A stretch of 64,000 nt of DNA, from NCBI GenBank assembly GCA_965209155.1, contig OZ242383.1, positions 64,001 through 128,000 of the forward strand, given 5' to 3'. This stretch comes from a bacterium. GTDB taxonomy: Bacteria > SAR324 > NAC60-12. The position numbers and the translations under genes are program-made. The notes under the pieces were generated by a model. The model saw only the letters and a list, made by a program, of their open reading frames with translations, did not search any database and had not been told where the DNA came from. This document shows positions 11,500 through 22,112 of the stretch, piece after piece (the stretch's first letter is position 1; each line of letters begins with the position of its first letter).

Positions 11500-13690
11500 C
11501 CGCGCGCGTGATGGCGGCCGTGATTCGTTCGCAGGCTACGTCGGCCAGGTCCTGGTACATGAGTTGCGCAGGGAAAGTATCACCCTTGCAAACTAAGCAT
11601 TCATCGAGCCATTGTTTGCTGATGCGCTTGAGCTGTCCGAAGAGGTGCAGTTTGGGTTCCTCATGCGGGTCGCGCCATTTCGTATAGAGAAGCCGCCTGG
11701 TCAGTTAAAAGAGCAGGGTCGAGCGTCTGAGGGCGTAGGATTGGCGACGCAAGGCCCGGCCGATGACCTGCTCGCAGAGCAATTGAGTGCCGAAAGCACG
11801 AACGCCCAGCACGTGGCTGACAGTGTTGGCGTCCCATCCTTCAGTGAGCATAGAAACCGATACGACACAGCGAATCGAATCTCCCAAGCGACCCGGTTTG
11901 CCTACGGTGTTCATGACCTCGCGGAGCAGGTCCTGGTCACTGATACGCTCGGCGTGGCGGCGGTCACCGGTGCGTTCGATGATTTCCCGTCGAAAGCGCG
12001 CGATCTCACCGGCGGCCAAAGCACGGAAATTCCTGTCCAAAGCGTCCCCGGACTCCAGTTGTTCACTGTCGATCAACAAAGTGCGGGGTCGTGGATACCG
12101 GTTGCCGGACTCGTTAAAATTTCGAAACAGTTCAAGACGTCCGTTTTCAAACGTCGTGTAACCATCCCCGTTTTCACGGTAGAAACCGGAGATATAATCG
12201 TATACGAGCTTGGAGGTGGAAGTGTTGTTGCAAACCACAATAAAGCATGGTGGGACGTCAATACCCGCTTCCTGCATGAGTTCGAAAGTCTTGCAGTAAT
12301 GCCCGTACAGGGCTTCCAGGGCGGTTTGAAGCGCCACGGGTAGACTGAGAGGATCAAGATGCCCGGACTTGTCCCGCCCTTTCCTCGGCATTTCGGTGCG
12401 TATGTGTTCCCAAAGATTGCGAAACCTGGGCATTTCGCCACCGGGGATGTTATCGGCTACTGGCACGCGGGGAAGTTTGACGATACCGCATTCGATGGCA
12501 TCCATCAGTGAAAAATCGTTCATCGTCCAGGGAAACAACGTTCCTTCCGCATAGCCCGAACCACGAAGAAAGAAAGGTGTTGCAGAAAGATCCAATACGC
12601 GGTTGATGCCAAGTTTGTTGCCGACCGTTTCGAGACCCGAAATCCAAAGTCGGGCGGCTTCCGTATTCTTTTTGGCTTCCTTCCTCTCATCTCCAGTGAG
12701 CGCGTCTTCCAGTTTTTCTCCCGGTTTTTCGCGATAGCAGTGGTGCGCCTCGTCGTTGAGGACCAGGATATTCCCGACTCCCATCAGTTCGGGCATGACC
12801 CGTTGCAGCATTTGCCCCTCAGACTCCAAGGTGTTCAGGGCATCGTTCCGACCTTGCAGAAGCGAGCGGCCGCCTTTGGATAGCTCCAGGCGTTCACGCA
12901 GTTTGAAGGCGTGATAGTTGGTAATGACGATTTTTGCTTTCTCCAGGTCGGGGAGCATGTCGCTCGGTACCAATTCCCGGCTTTTGTAGTAGCTATCCGG
13001 ATCGTTCGGCTGCAGCACGCGCAGGCGATCTTTGATGGTGATACCGGGCGTGACTACCAGGAATCCACGCGTGAATCTGCGACTTCGGGAGCGACGTACC
13101 GCGTTGATGGTTTGCCAGGCGATCAACATGGCCATGACGGTGGTCTTACCAGCGCCGGTTGCCAACTTGAGCGCCAGGCGGGACAGTTGAGGGTTTGCGT
13201 CATTGTTGGCGTTCACCAGGTGCTCGAGGAAGTCTTTGCCGACTTTGCCCATACGAGGCGCCACTTCGCTGAGCCAGATGACGGTCTCCACCGCTTCGAT
13301 CTGGCAGAAGAAGGGGCGCATGCCACTGAAGCGGTGATGCCGCCAGTGTTGCAGCAGACGGGCTGTCTCAGGCGTAACCCGCCAATGATTCGGATCCGAT
13401 ATGCCCCGCCAACTGTCGACCTGCCTTCGAACGTTACTGATTATTGCCGTGTGATCATATTGCTGAACAGCAGTGGAAAGCCCTTTTCCTTCGTCCAACA
13501 CCAGCACTCGTTGTTCCACTGATGATTTTTTTTGCTTCTTTGGTTTTGGAATCGGAGTGATGAACTCAGCCTGTCTCCGGCTGTCCAGGATCTTTTGGGT
13601 TGGCTGCCCCGTGTCGTCGAGTTCCCAATGACGGTTCGGGTATACGTAAGGCGAGTTGAGGACAGGCTGTTCAAAAAATGGATTATTCAA
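11500..13690 (-). pseudogene. res: Type III R-M restriction subunit (Res), internally deleted and truncated
   Basis: NPFFEQPVLNSPY start, LATGAGKT, NDEAHH, SATP, MLTEGWD, QVIGRALRR; after TAA at 11705-11707 the same frame continues LLYTKWRDPHEEPKLHLFGQLKRI...ACERITAAITRA; C-terminal nuclease domain missing. Confidence 0.9.
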
Positions 13691-13812
13691 AACAATGCGC
13701 CTTCTTGAATTCACGACGTTACCGTATCCAATGCTTTCCACACGAATGAGAAATATAGCACTTTCCCCACGATCGAATCAACTGCCACGTTTTGCTCCGT
13801 TTCCGTAAAAAG

Positions 13813-14407
13813 GGGGGTCCGGCTTGAAAGTTTGGAAAAGTAGCGTAATTTTTTTCTTTAAATCGATTTGATATTCCTTCTCACTGGTTTCTGAAGATGG
13901 CTCGTCAACCACGCCTTTACTTTCCGGGTGCGTTTTACCATGTGATGCTTCGTGGCAATGGAGGGCAACCCATTTTATTCTGTCCCCTCGACTATCGAAA
14001 TTTTTATCACTTGTTCCCAGAGGCTTCCCAACGCTTCGATCACCGGATTCATGCCTTATGTTTTACGAGCAATCAATCATGTCCCTCCCTGTTCTCCTCC
14101 TCTTTGAGGACGGATCATTCATCAAGTGGATCGAGTTTATCAACTACAGGAGCAGGAATTAAGCAGTGCCGGGCAGTCGCGAAAGTTGAGTGAAGCCCGT
14201 GCGATGATTGGCATGTAGGCTTTCGACTGGAAGTCCGCAACGATTCGTGAGGTCGGAAGGGTTTTCGATCGAGATGATTCGACGATCCGCTTTGCCGTGC
14301 ACCGGTTGAGACGACGATTGAAGGAATGCGAGGATCTCCAAAATCAATTAGAGGAACTGAAACGTCAAATACTTGCTTGATCATTCAAACTTTCAAGCCT
14401 GACCCCC
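13813..14407 (+). mobile_element. Internally deleted RAYT (REP-associated Y1 tyrosine transposase) element, copy 1
   Basis: MARQPRLYFPGAFYHVMLRGNGG N-terminus, broken before the HUH motif; inverted ends GGGGGTCCGGCTTGAAAGTTTG / CAAACTTTCAAGCCTGACCCCC. Confidence 0.85.
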
Positions 14408-14413
14408 TTCTAT

Positions 14414-14935
14414 GTGAAGACCGATCTTGATGATGAAGACAATCGCAAGGCGTTTCTGGTGGACATGAATGTAGGTAAATTCGACGTTCTATGGATCGTT
14501 GTGCATCTGAAGATCGGACGTGAGAAAAACGAACAGAATATTCGAGACAAACAAGCGAAGGTTATTGGAAAGTTCATCACGAAACGTCAAAATCAACAAA
14601 AGCGTATGAAAGATATCCTCTTGGTGGGTGACTTCAATATGTTTCCGGGCCAGGACGTGAGCAATTTTCATCATCTTGGTGGTGATGATTTGATGAATAT
14701 TTTATCCTCTTGGGATCTGCAGGATGGATTTTCTCATATTTTAAAAGCTGGACGAGCCAACCTTGTAGATGGATTCGCAATTAGCCTTAAATACAGCACT
14801 GAGTATATAAAGGGAAGTCTAAGAGTATTTCCCATGCATTGGGCAATGGATTTGGGGCTTGGGAGATTCCGTAAGGAGGTGTCCGACCACCTACCATTTG
14901 TCGCAAGCTTCAGGATAGATCGAGATCGGGACTAG
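14414..14935 (+). pseudogene. Endonuclease/exonuclease/phosphatase domain, C-terminal fragment
   Basis: VVHLK, LLVGDFN, SDHLP motifs; N-terminal half missing, starts right after the RAYT end. Confidence 0.75.
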
Positions 14936-14971
14936 GCAAATAGAAATTCAACACTTTCAATGGAGAATCCG

Positions 14972-17110
14972 ATGTCGAAAAACATAGTCATTTGTTCAGA
15001 TGGAACTGGAAACAGAGGCGGAAAAACACGTGGTACAAACGTCTGGCGTATCTTCAATTCAATCGATCGCCACGACGACAGTAATTTACAAATTACCTAC
15101 TATGATGATGGTGTCGGAACAGATGACCTCCGTCTGTTACGTCTGTTGAGTGGTGCTTTTGGATGGGGATTGCAAAAAAACATTCGCCAGGCCTATGAAT
15201 TCCTTACAATGAACTACCAGGAAGGCGACAAGATCTTTCTTTTTGGTTTCAGTCGAGGTGCATTCACTGTGCGATCCCTTGCTGGTTTGATTTGCCGGTG
15301 TGGGCTTCTCAGACGAGAAATACTTCTTCAAGCTGGACGACAAGAGCGAAAACGGATGGTAAATAAAATCATCAATGCCTATCGAAGCAATGAGGAATTT
15401 AACAACAAAAATTCCGGTGTGACGAAGAAAGAAAAGGCGAAGAACATACGTAAAAATCTGGGATTAACTGTTTGTCATCTTCAATCGGTACCAATTCACT
15501 TCGTAGGAGTGTGGGATACAGTCGACGCAGTCGGGGTGCCGGTCGACGAATTAAAAGAATGGGTAGATCGAATTTGGAGAAAGCTTTTTAAACGACGACT
15601 ATGGGGTTTTTACGATCAAGTCCCGCATTACGATATTCACCACCTGTACCAAGCACTTGCGCTTGATGATGAACGAAAAACTTTTCACCCCAATGTCTGG
15701 AAGGGAGACTGTAAAAAGAGTGAATCAGATGACCGTAAAAAACAAGTCGTCGAGCAAGTCTGGTTTGCCGGCGCGCATTCAAACGTTGGTGGTGGATATC
15801 CTAAAGATTCGTTGTCTTTGGTTCCGCTCCTCTGGATGATGGGGAAAGCGAATGCATGTGGGTTAAAATTTTTTAAAAGTAAGTGCAAGGAATATTATGA
15901 GGCTGCAGATCCGCATGGACGTTTATACGACTCTCGTGCTGGTTTGGGTGTGTTCTATCGTCCAGCTCTTCGTCAACTTCCCAAATATTCGTTAATCCAC
16001 AAGAGCGTATTTGAGCGGATCGAGCGTGGAACCAACTACTACGCACCGAAGATTATTCGAGATTGTAACTACATAATTTGCAATAGCCATTTCTGTTCCA
16101 ATTGTCTCTAACTGAGAAAACAAGTGAAATTTGATGATGCTGTAAAATGGAAGGAGCGACTTGAGAAAGCGCAAACAAAGCTCTACTGGTTGTACGTCGC
16201 AATCAACATGTTTACGCTAAATTTTCTGATCATGGTGATGGTTCTGGGTACTTCTGTTGAACCGCGTTGGCCATTGCTTGCAGATCTCATTCGTTTCGTT
16301 TTACCCGGAATTCCGGCAAATTTAGTCGATTCGGCAGTGAAGTTTCCACTGCAGTCGATTGTGCTCATACTGGTCATATGGGTAATGTACATGATGAACA
16401 AGCAGGTAAAGGTCGAGGCTAATGAACTCGCCTTTCAGATATGGCAACGTATTTATTGCGGACAATACTATCTTCTCCCAAAGCTCAGTTTCATTGTAAA
16501 AATTGTTGGATGGATGGCGCCTCCTAAATGTCTTTCCATAGTTACTGTGCTGTTTTTCGCACTGTTTTTGTTGATCTTGCTGCTCACTCTGATTTTGTCG
16601 ATTTTGTTGTCTACATGTAAGGATGACAACGATTGCCCTCTGTCAGGAGTGGCTATTAATAGTCCTGAGATGTTCTGCGACAACGTTCGTGGTCCCTGTC
16701 GATTGGGTGCCGGTGGAACAATCAGCGTCACGATTGCATCAAATCGTAAGCACAATATGACAGGAATATTCGTTAAAGGCGGAGAGACTTATTCGGCGCG
16801 ATTCGTCAGTAGTGAGCATTGGTGTGACGGCAATTACCCGGCAAAACCAGGTGGCGTCAAATTCGACGAGTACGTCCGCTTTTTAGCTTGGTGGGTAAAG
16901 TGGCTTCGGCCGTATCCTGAGGGGGAATGGTTTCAGATTGTAGGACGTGTCGATGGTAGTAACAAGGTCTTCCCGATTTTCCATGGACAAGATGATCAAG
17001 TTGAATCAAGCTTCAAAGTCCCGGATAACGGCGAACTCGTGCTTCTGGTCAATGACGTGTGGTATCGCAACAACAAAGGAGTGATGTCAATCGAAATACG
17101 CCGCCAATAG
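14972..17110 (+). pseudogene. DUF2235 (Tle1-like alpha/beta hydrolase) fused to TM segments and a beta-sandwich domain; split by in-frame TAA at 16109-16111
   Basis: CSDGTGN, GFSRGAF, VGVWDTV, WFAGAHSNVGGGY; ORFs 14960..16111 and 16124..17110 share one frame, joined by TAA-CTG-AGA-AAA-CAA. Confidence 0.75.
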
Positions 17111-17141
17111 GAATGGTACAATGATCCACCTAAATCCTGCA

Positions 17142-17703
17142 GTCATCACCACCGGCAGAGCCGGTGGCTTGAAGAGGCCCCCAGGATGGGGGCAAAACGT
17201 GTTCGTCATCGTAAGACGTGCTCGTGCTCGTGAACGAAAAAGGCTGCCATGTTAGATCATGAAAAACTCGATGTATACCAATGTTCCATCGAATTTTTAG
17301 CGTTATCTGTCCAAGTCATCGAAACATTGCCAAAAGGATACTCAGCCTTAGTTGACCAACTGAAAAGGGCCTCATGGTCGATTCCTCTCAATATCGCAGA
17401 AGGCTGTGGAAAAAATTCCTTTGCTGACAAGCAACGATTCTATGCATTTGCCCGAGGTTCCGCAATGGAATGCGCTGCTATTCTCGATGTTTTAAACGTG
17501 TTGAAGATCATCCAGCCTCCTTTATTTGAGGAAGGGAAACAGTTACTTCATCGCATTGTTTCTATGTTAACCAAAATGTGCCGTCGAATTCACTGACCGT
17601 TCACGAGCACGAGCACGGCTAACGGACACGGATACGTTTCTCATGTCTGACCGGCAAAGCCTATTAGGTTCGCACCAGCAGAGCTGGTGGTTTAATGAGA
17701 TTA
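17142..17703 (-). mobile_element. Non-autonomous IS200/IS605-type element carrying a four-helix-bundle gene, copy 1 (intact, 562 bp)
   Basis: Subterminal hairpins CCACCGGC-AGA-GCCGGTGG and CACCAGC-AGA-GCTGGTG; clean insertion in the IS1380 end with no target duplication. Confidence 0.85.
17249..17596 (+). CDS. Four-helix-bundle protein (TIGR02436 / 23S-IVS-protein / bAvd-like fold)
   Basis: EKLDVYQ.S, LVDQLKRASWSIPLNIAEG, F...ARGSAMEC, IVSML.K. Confidence 0.92.
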   Translation: MLDHEKLDVYQCSIEFLALSVQVIETLPKGYSALVDQLKRASWSIPLNIAEGCGKNSFADKQRFYAFARGSAMECAAILDVLNVLKIIQPPLFEEGKQLLHRIVSMLTKMCRRIH

Positions 17704-17956
17704 ATTAGATGACAAACAAAGATGGAAATGGTAATATACTCAAATAGTTAACAGTAGAATCAACATTTTGAGAGATCACCATTTCCATGAAAAACAAAGG
17801 TAATACAAGATCGGCAAGAACGAAAGCAAAAAACATCCATATCCGCCAGGGAGGCAGAGACCTGACCGCGCTAGCAGGCTTGATTCCGGTTGTCAAATTT
17901 TTTCACAAACACGGGATTGTTTCGAAGACAGAGCAGAGCATAGATCATCAGCGTGG

Positions 17957-18451
17957 CGCCTTTACTATCCCGGTGCGCTGCACCATGTGATGCTTCTGGC
18001 AATGGAGGGCAAACCATTTTTTTCTGTCCCCCCGACTATCGACCATTTTATCACTTGCTTCCAGAATCTTCCCAACGTTTTGATCACCGGATTCACGCAT
18101 TTTGTTTAATGAGCAATCAAACATGTCCCTCCCTGTTCTCCTCGTCTTTCAGGACGGATCATTCATCAAGTGGATCGAGTTTATCAACTACCGGAGCAGG
18201 AATTAAGCAGTGCCGGGCAGTCGCGAAAGTCGAGTGAAGCCCGCGAGATGATTGGCATGTTGGCTTTCGGCTGGAAGTCCGCAACGATTCGTGAGGTCGG
18301 AAGGGTTTTCAATCGAGATGATTCGACGATCCGCTTTGGAGTGCACCGCTTGAGACGACGATTGAAGGAATGCGAGGGTCTCCAAAATCAATTAGAGGAA
18401 CTGAAACGTCAAATACTTGCTTGATCATTCAAACTTTCAAGCCTGAGCCCC
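17957..18451 (+). mobile_element. RAYT element remnant, copy 2 (left end lost)
   Basis: Aligns with 13913-14407; joined to the IS1380 fragment at CGCC microhomology; C-terminal HTH-like ORF 18170..18424; right end CAAACTTTCAAGCCTGAGCCCC. Confidence 0.82.
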
Positions 18452-18589
18452 TTCCCCTGGACTTTGGCCATTTTTGAATAGGAGATTATATACAAAGGTA
18501 AACATTGGCGACCTTACCCCTGCCCATCACAAATGTCAAGATATGAATCGGCAGAACGCCGGCTCACGGGAGGGGAAAGAAGATGTTAT

Positions 18590-18865
18590 TCAGGGAGACG
18601 AAATATTCAAATTTTTAAGAAGATATTCTAAAAATATTACTAAAAATTCATCTGTATGAACTTGATTTGGGACCTCAATTTCAACTTTCTTTTCTTTTAA
18701 TTCTAATAATTTTTGATATCCAACTGGGGTTAAATCTAATGACCAACGTTTCCTGCCTGCATTTAATCGGCCAATATCGTAAGAAAAAGTATAGTTATAA
18801 ATAGGTACTCCTGGGCCACGAACTATTTCAGGCTCATCAATTATTGATATTATTATTTTTTCCAT
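18590..18865 (-). CDS. Hypothetical protein (AT-rich)
   Basis: 91-aa ORF, ATG start, divergent from the next ORF; no motif recognised. Confidence 0.45.
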   Translation of the reverse strand: MEKIIISIIDEPEIVRGPGVPIYNYTFSYDIGRLNAGRKRWSLDLTPVGYQKLLELKEKKVEIEVPNQVHTDEFLVIFLEYLLKNLNISSP

Positions 18866-18924
18866 ATAATATACTCAAATTAAATTTATTGAAAAATTAA
18901 AATTATAATCATATAAAAGGTATT

Positions 18925-19185
18925 ATGGGTGTCAATAAAAAAATAGATAAATCAGAAGTAATTGTCAAAGATCAAATTCAATCTTTGACTCAAGAATTTC
19001 CTTGCAAGACATCTGAATCTCCCGAACAACTTCTTCAAAAATATCAAGAATTGTCAAATCACGTGGATTTACTCCATAGTGTTTTAAAGAAAGTTGTAAT
19101 TCTTTTGGAAAATGAAGGGACGCCTCTGGACTTGATAACTGGACGCGAACGCGTGATGCTCCCAGAAATGGCTGAATGGAAATAA
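18925..19185 (+). CDS. Hypothetical protein (AT-rich, helical)
   Basis: 86-aa ORF, AAAGG upstream; no motif recognised. Confidence 0.5.
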   Translation: MGVNKKIDKSEVIVKDQIQSLTQEFPCKTSESPEQLLQKYQELSNHVDLLHSVLKKVVILLENEGTPLDLITGRERVMLPEMAEWK

Positions 19186-19229
19186 TTTTTAATCGAATTT
19201 TTTGTTTTTCAGTCATCTTTCCTTTATTA

Positions 19230-19601
19230 TTATTGATTTGAAAAACGTTTGTCATCTGAATACTTATCAAATATTTCATTGAAAATTCTGTTTAACTTAT
19301 AAAGATTTTCTTTTTCATTGATTGGGATTACATCTCCTTCTGCTACAAATTCAATATTTTCATTTATTAGTTTAAGTATAGCTTCCTTTTTTCTGTCTTC
19401 TTGAGGTAATAAATAATCCTGATGAATTGCAAGTACTATTGGAACAAGTAACCCAATAATTGAATATAGAGAATAATGATCTTGCTTCTCTTCATTATTT
19501 TTCTTCTTAAGAATTTCTTCAAATTGATGAAATTCAATATCAATATTATCTTTACTGACTTTCATTGATTGTCTTTTCCAGCTTTTTTCTTCCATTTTCA
19601 A
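19230..19601 (-). CDS. Hypothetical single-TM protein (AT-rich)
   Basis: TAGGAG RBS; hydrophobic segment LYSIIGLLVPIVLAI. Confidence 0.5.
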   Translation of the reverse strand: MKMEEKSWKRQSMKVSKDNIDIEFHQFEEILKKKNNEEKQDHYSLYSIIGLLVPIVLAIHQDYLLPQEDRKKEAILKLINENIEFVAEGDVIPINEKENLYKLNRIFNEIFDKYSDDKRFSNQ

Positions 19602-19877
19602 TCTCCTAATATTTTGTTAATAACCTGCCTTTCAGCAGGATCAATTATTAAATCCAACGTCTTCTTAATTTCATTTCATTATATATCTCCTGAAAGAATG
19701 GATTCTATTCGTGATATTTAAAATTCATGTTTAAAGTTCCCAATTTATTATATAATTGTCAAGATAAAAAATAACTTTCTTACTTTTGATTATTCTTGAA
19801 ACGTTATCAAGTTTAAATTCTGAAAAATAAAAAAATGCAAAAAAATTAAAAAAACACGCAAAAAAGTGTTGACAAGT

Positions 19878-20397
19878 TGCCTATTCCGTTCTGAATGAAC
19901 AGTGAATCCGAAGGCTTTGGAAACTTGCTCCGAAGTTTAATGAACACTCTATCAGTATTGAATGGATAACTTTCGGAGCGAAGCGACGCTATTCTCAGTT
20001 TTTAATAAATTAACCTTTTTTTTTTCTGACTTCGTCAACTTAGAATTTTTCTTTCTCACGGAGTCTCCTTTCATATTGAGTTGATAAGCATTATGAACGA
20101 GCCTGTCGAGAATGGCATCGGCCAAGGTCGGATCGCCGATCACTTCATGCCAATGCTCAATGGGCAGTTGAGAGACGAGAAGGGTGGATTTTAATCCATA
20201 TCGGTCTTCAAGAATCTCTAATAAATCTTTGCGTCCCTGGGTATTGAAGGTCGATAGTCCCCAATCATCGAGGATGATCAAATCGATTTTGGCCAGGGCA
20301 TCGATCGATTTAGCATAACTGCCTGCCCCTCTGGCCATCGTCAATTCTTGAAACAGCCTGGGGATCCTAAGATACTTCACTTTGAATCCATTCAAAC
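19878..20397 (-). mobile_element. istB: IS21-family remnant 1 (istB 3' half plus terminal repeat)
   Basis: [23 protein letters not shown]...GDSVRK; end TGCCTATTCCG at 19878; cut at 20397 by a second IS21. Confidence 0.85.
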
Positions 20398-20558
20398 TGT
20401 TGATGGCAGTAGTAAAGTATACCAAAAACGGCAATTTGGAAGTTTACCACGTAGTTAAGTGGGCAGAGGAGTAGGTTGAGTATTGAGCGACAAGGTGCAG
20501 TGATGTGATGTGGCCTCATACCTTTAAAACAGCGGATGGAAGGGGCTATATGCCTTTT

Positions 20559-21166
20559 TCATTTTTTTCTTTTATTTCTACGATAGCTTTCTCCTTCTAA
20601 AATGATAACCTCCGAATTCATTACCAGTCGATCTGCAATGGCAGTGGCCACAGTGGTCGAATCAAAGAGATTCCCCCATTGGGCAAAAGGCAGGTTTGTG
20701 GTGAGAAAAGTTGATTTTCTCTGATGCCTGCGACTAATGACCTGGAAAAAGAGGCTGCTTCCTTGTTGATCCAGTGGCAGATAACCGATCTCATCGCAGA
20801 GGAGGAGGTCCGGTTCGGTGTAATGGCTGAGTTTTTTGACCAGGGAATGGTCCGATTCGGCAGCAATCAAATGGTTAATCATGTCGGTTGCTGTGGTAAA
20901 TAAAGTGCGCATGGCGTTCTGAGTGGCCTCGTATGTCAGGCATAGAGCCAAGTGGGTTTTTCCCACTCCTGGATTGCCAATCAGAATCACATCCTCGCTA
21001 TTCTTGATAAAGTCCAATTGCATCAATTGTAAAATTCTGCCTTTGTTCTTTTTTCGAGAGGGGTGGTGGGCAAAATCAAAGCTCTCGTTTGAAAAATCGC
21101 TTCAAAATGTTGGCAAAGGCCACTTAGATGGAGGCTCTGACATTGTTTTTTTATTTTTTCACTCAT
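20559..21166 (-). pseudogene. istB: IS21 helper ATPase IstB (5' part disrupted)
   Basis: FDFAHHPSR, GNPGVGKTHL, LLLCDEIGY, TTNLPF..W, AIADRL. Confidence 0.85.
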
Positions 21167-21891
21167 CTCTCCTCCTTCTTTCTCTGCAGGACGAGGGCAT
21201 CATATTCGGCCAGCGAATGCGGGGTGAGGCGGATATGATTTAAGCTTTCTTGTTTCAAAACCACTGGAGGTTGATGGGAGACGGGCCTCATTTCCTGGTA
21301 GAGGATATTTTTGACATAATCGAGGCCAAAAGCGTGGTGATGGATAGCTTTTTCAAGGGCAATGACTAAAGAGTCTAAGCCGTATTGCTCTAAAAGTTTG
21401 AGCAGTTGTTGAATCGTCTTTTGTAAAGCCATCCCTGATTGATTGATGCCCTCCAGAAAGGTTTGGCAACAAGGAGCCAATGAAAGAAAATAAACACAGT
21501 CCGGATGCGGGAGAGGGGAGCGTTTTTGAGGGTTTCGATGTTTGGGATTTTCCAGCCGTTGTTTGCGTTGCCAAGATCTTAAATGATGGGCCACACGGCG
21601 CTCTTTAATAAAGAGCAAGACCTCATATTGGTCGGCTTTGAGGGTGAGCCGGTGTCCTAATGTCCAGTCGGGTACGGAATAATAATTTGAATCGAAGGCC
21701 ACGGTGGCATCGGCTAAGACAGTCACACGGCGGGTCAGATAACAATCGGGCAAGCAAGGGGGCAAGGCTCGAAGCGTTTGAGGTTGAAAGCGTTCAAGGG
21801 CATAAAGGTTTCGCTGGGTTTGTCCATAGCTGAGTTTGCCAAAAAAACCCCAATCGATTTGGAGAGGAATTTGACGCGTCCATCTTTGCAA
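21163..21891 (-). pseudogene. istA: IS21 transposase IstA (internal deletion)
   Basis: LQIDWGFFG joined directly to the C-terminal FDSNYYSVP...VAHHLRSW region; DDE core missing. Confidence 0.8.
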
Positions 21892-21899
21892 TTAAATTC

Positions 21900-22112
21900 T
21901 CATCGGAGGAGGCGATAAGGCAGAATTGATAAGGGATGGACGCGTCCGTCTTTGCAATCGGCACTGTAACCTGGATCGCTGGCTAACTTTTCACGCTCCC
22001 AATTCGTCTTGCGCGCACGCTGACACCTCTTCAGGCTGCAGTAACTTTGCTCCTTGTTTTGAGGGCGGCGGAGGAAAAATTGGTGGCAGTTGATGCATCT
22101 ACCTGTTTGCAT
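21900..22112 (-). CDS. Cys-rich (CxxC...YC...CQ) accessory ORF inside IS21 element, probably truncated
   Basis: RCINCHQFF..RPQ...QSYCS...CQRARK..W...K...DP.Y; AGGAG RBS. Confidence 0.55.
   Translation of the reverse strand: MQTGRCINCHQFFLRRPQNKEQSYCSLKRCQRARKTNWEREKLASDPGYSADCKDGRVHPLSILPYRLLR

Larger units (their letters stand above)
17129..17960 (+). mobile_element. IS1380-family left-end fragment, interrupted by the four-helix element
   Basis: CCTAAATCCTGCA (17129-17141) + ATTAGATGACAAAC (from 17704) reconstitutes the end seen intact at 37609 (- strand); MKNKGNTRSAR...GGRDLTALAGLIPVVKF. Confidence 0.85.

Noticed and set aside
6669..13522. Long plus-strand ORFs opposite mod, ietS and res (also those opposite genes at 49.8-62.5 kb)
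   Set aside because: Antisense shadows of well-supported genes.
17249..17596. Diversity-generating retroelement suggested by the bAvd-like gene
   Set aside because: No reverse transcriptase and no TR/VR pair with adenine-specific differences seen in the window.
17142..17703. TnpB/IscB (OMEGA) system or rRNA intervening sequence
   Set aside because: No RuvC-type ORF between the ends and no rRNA sequence in the flanks.
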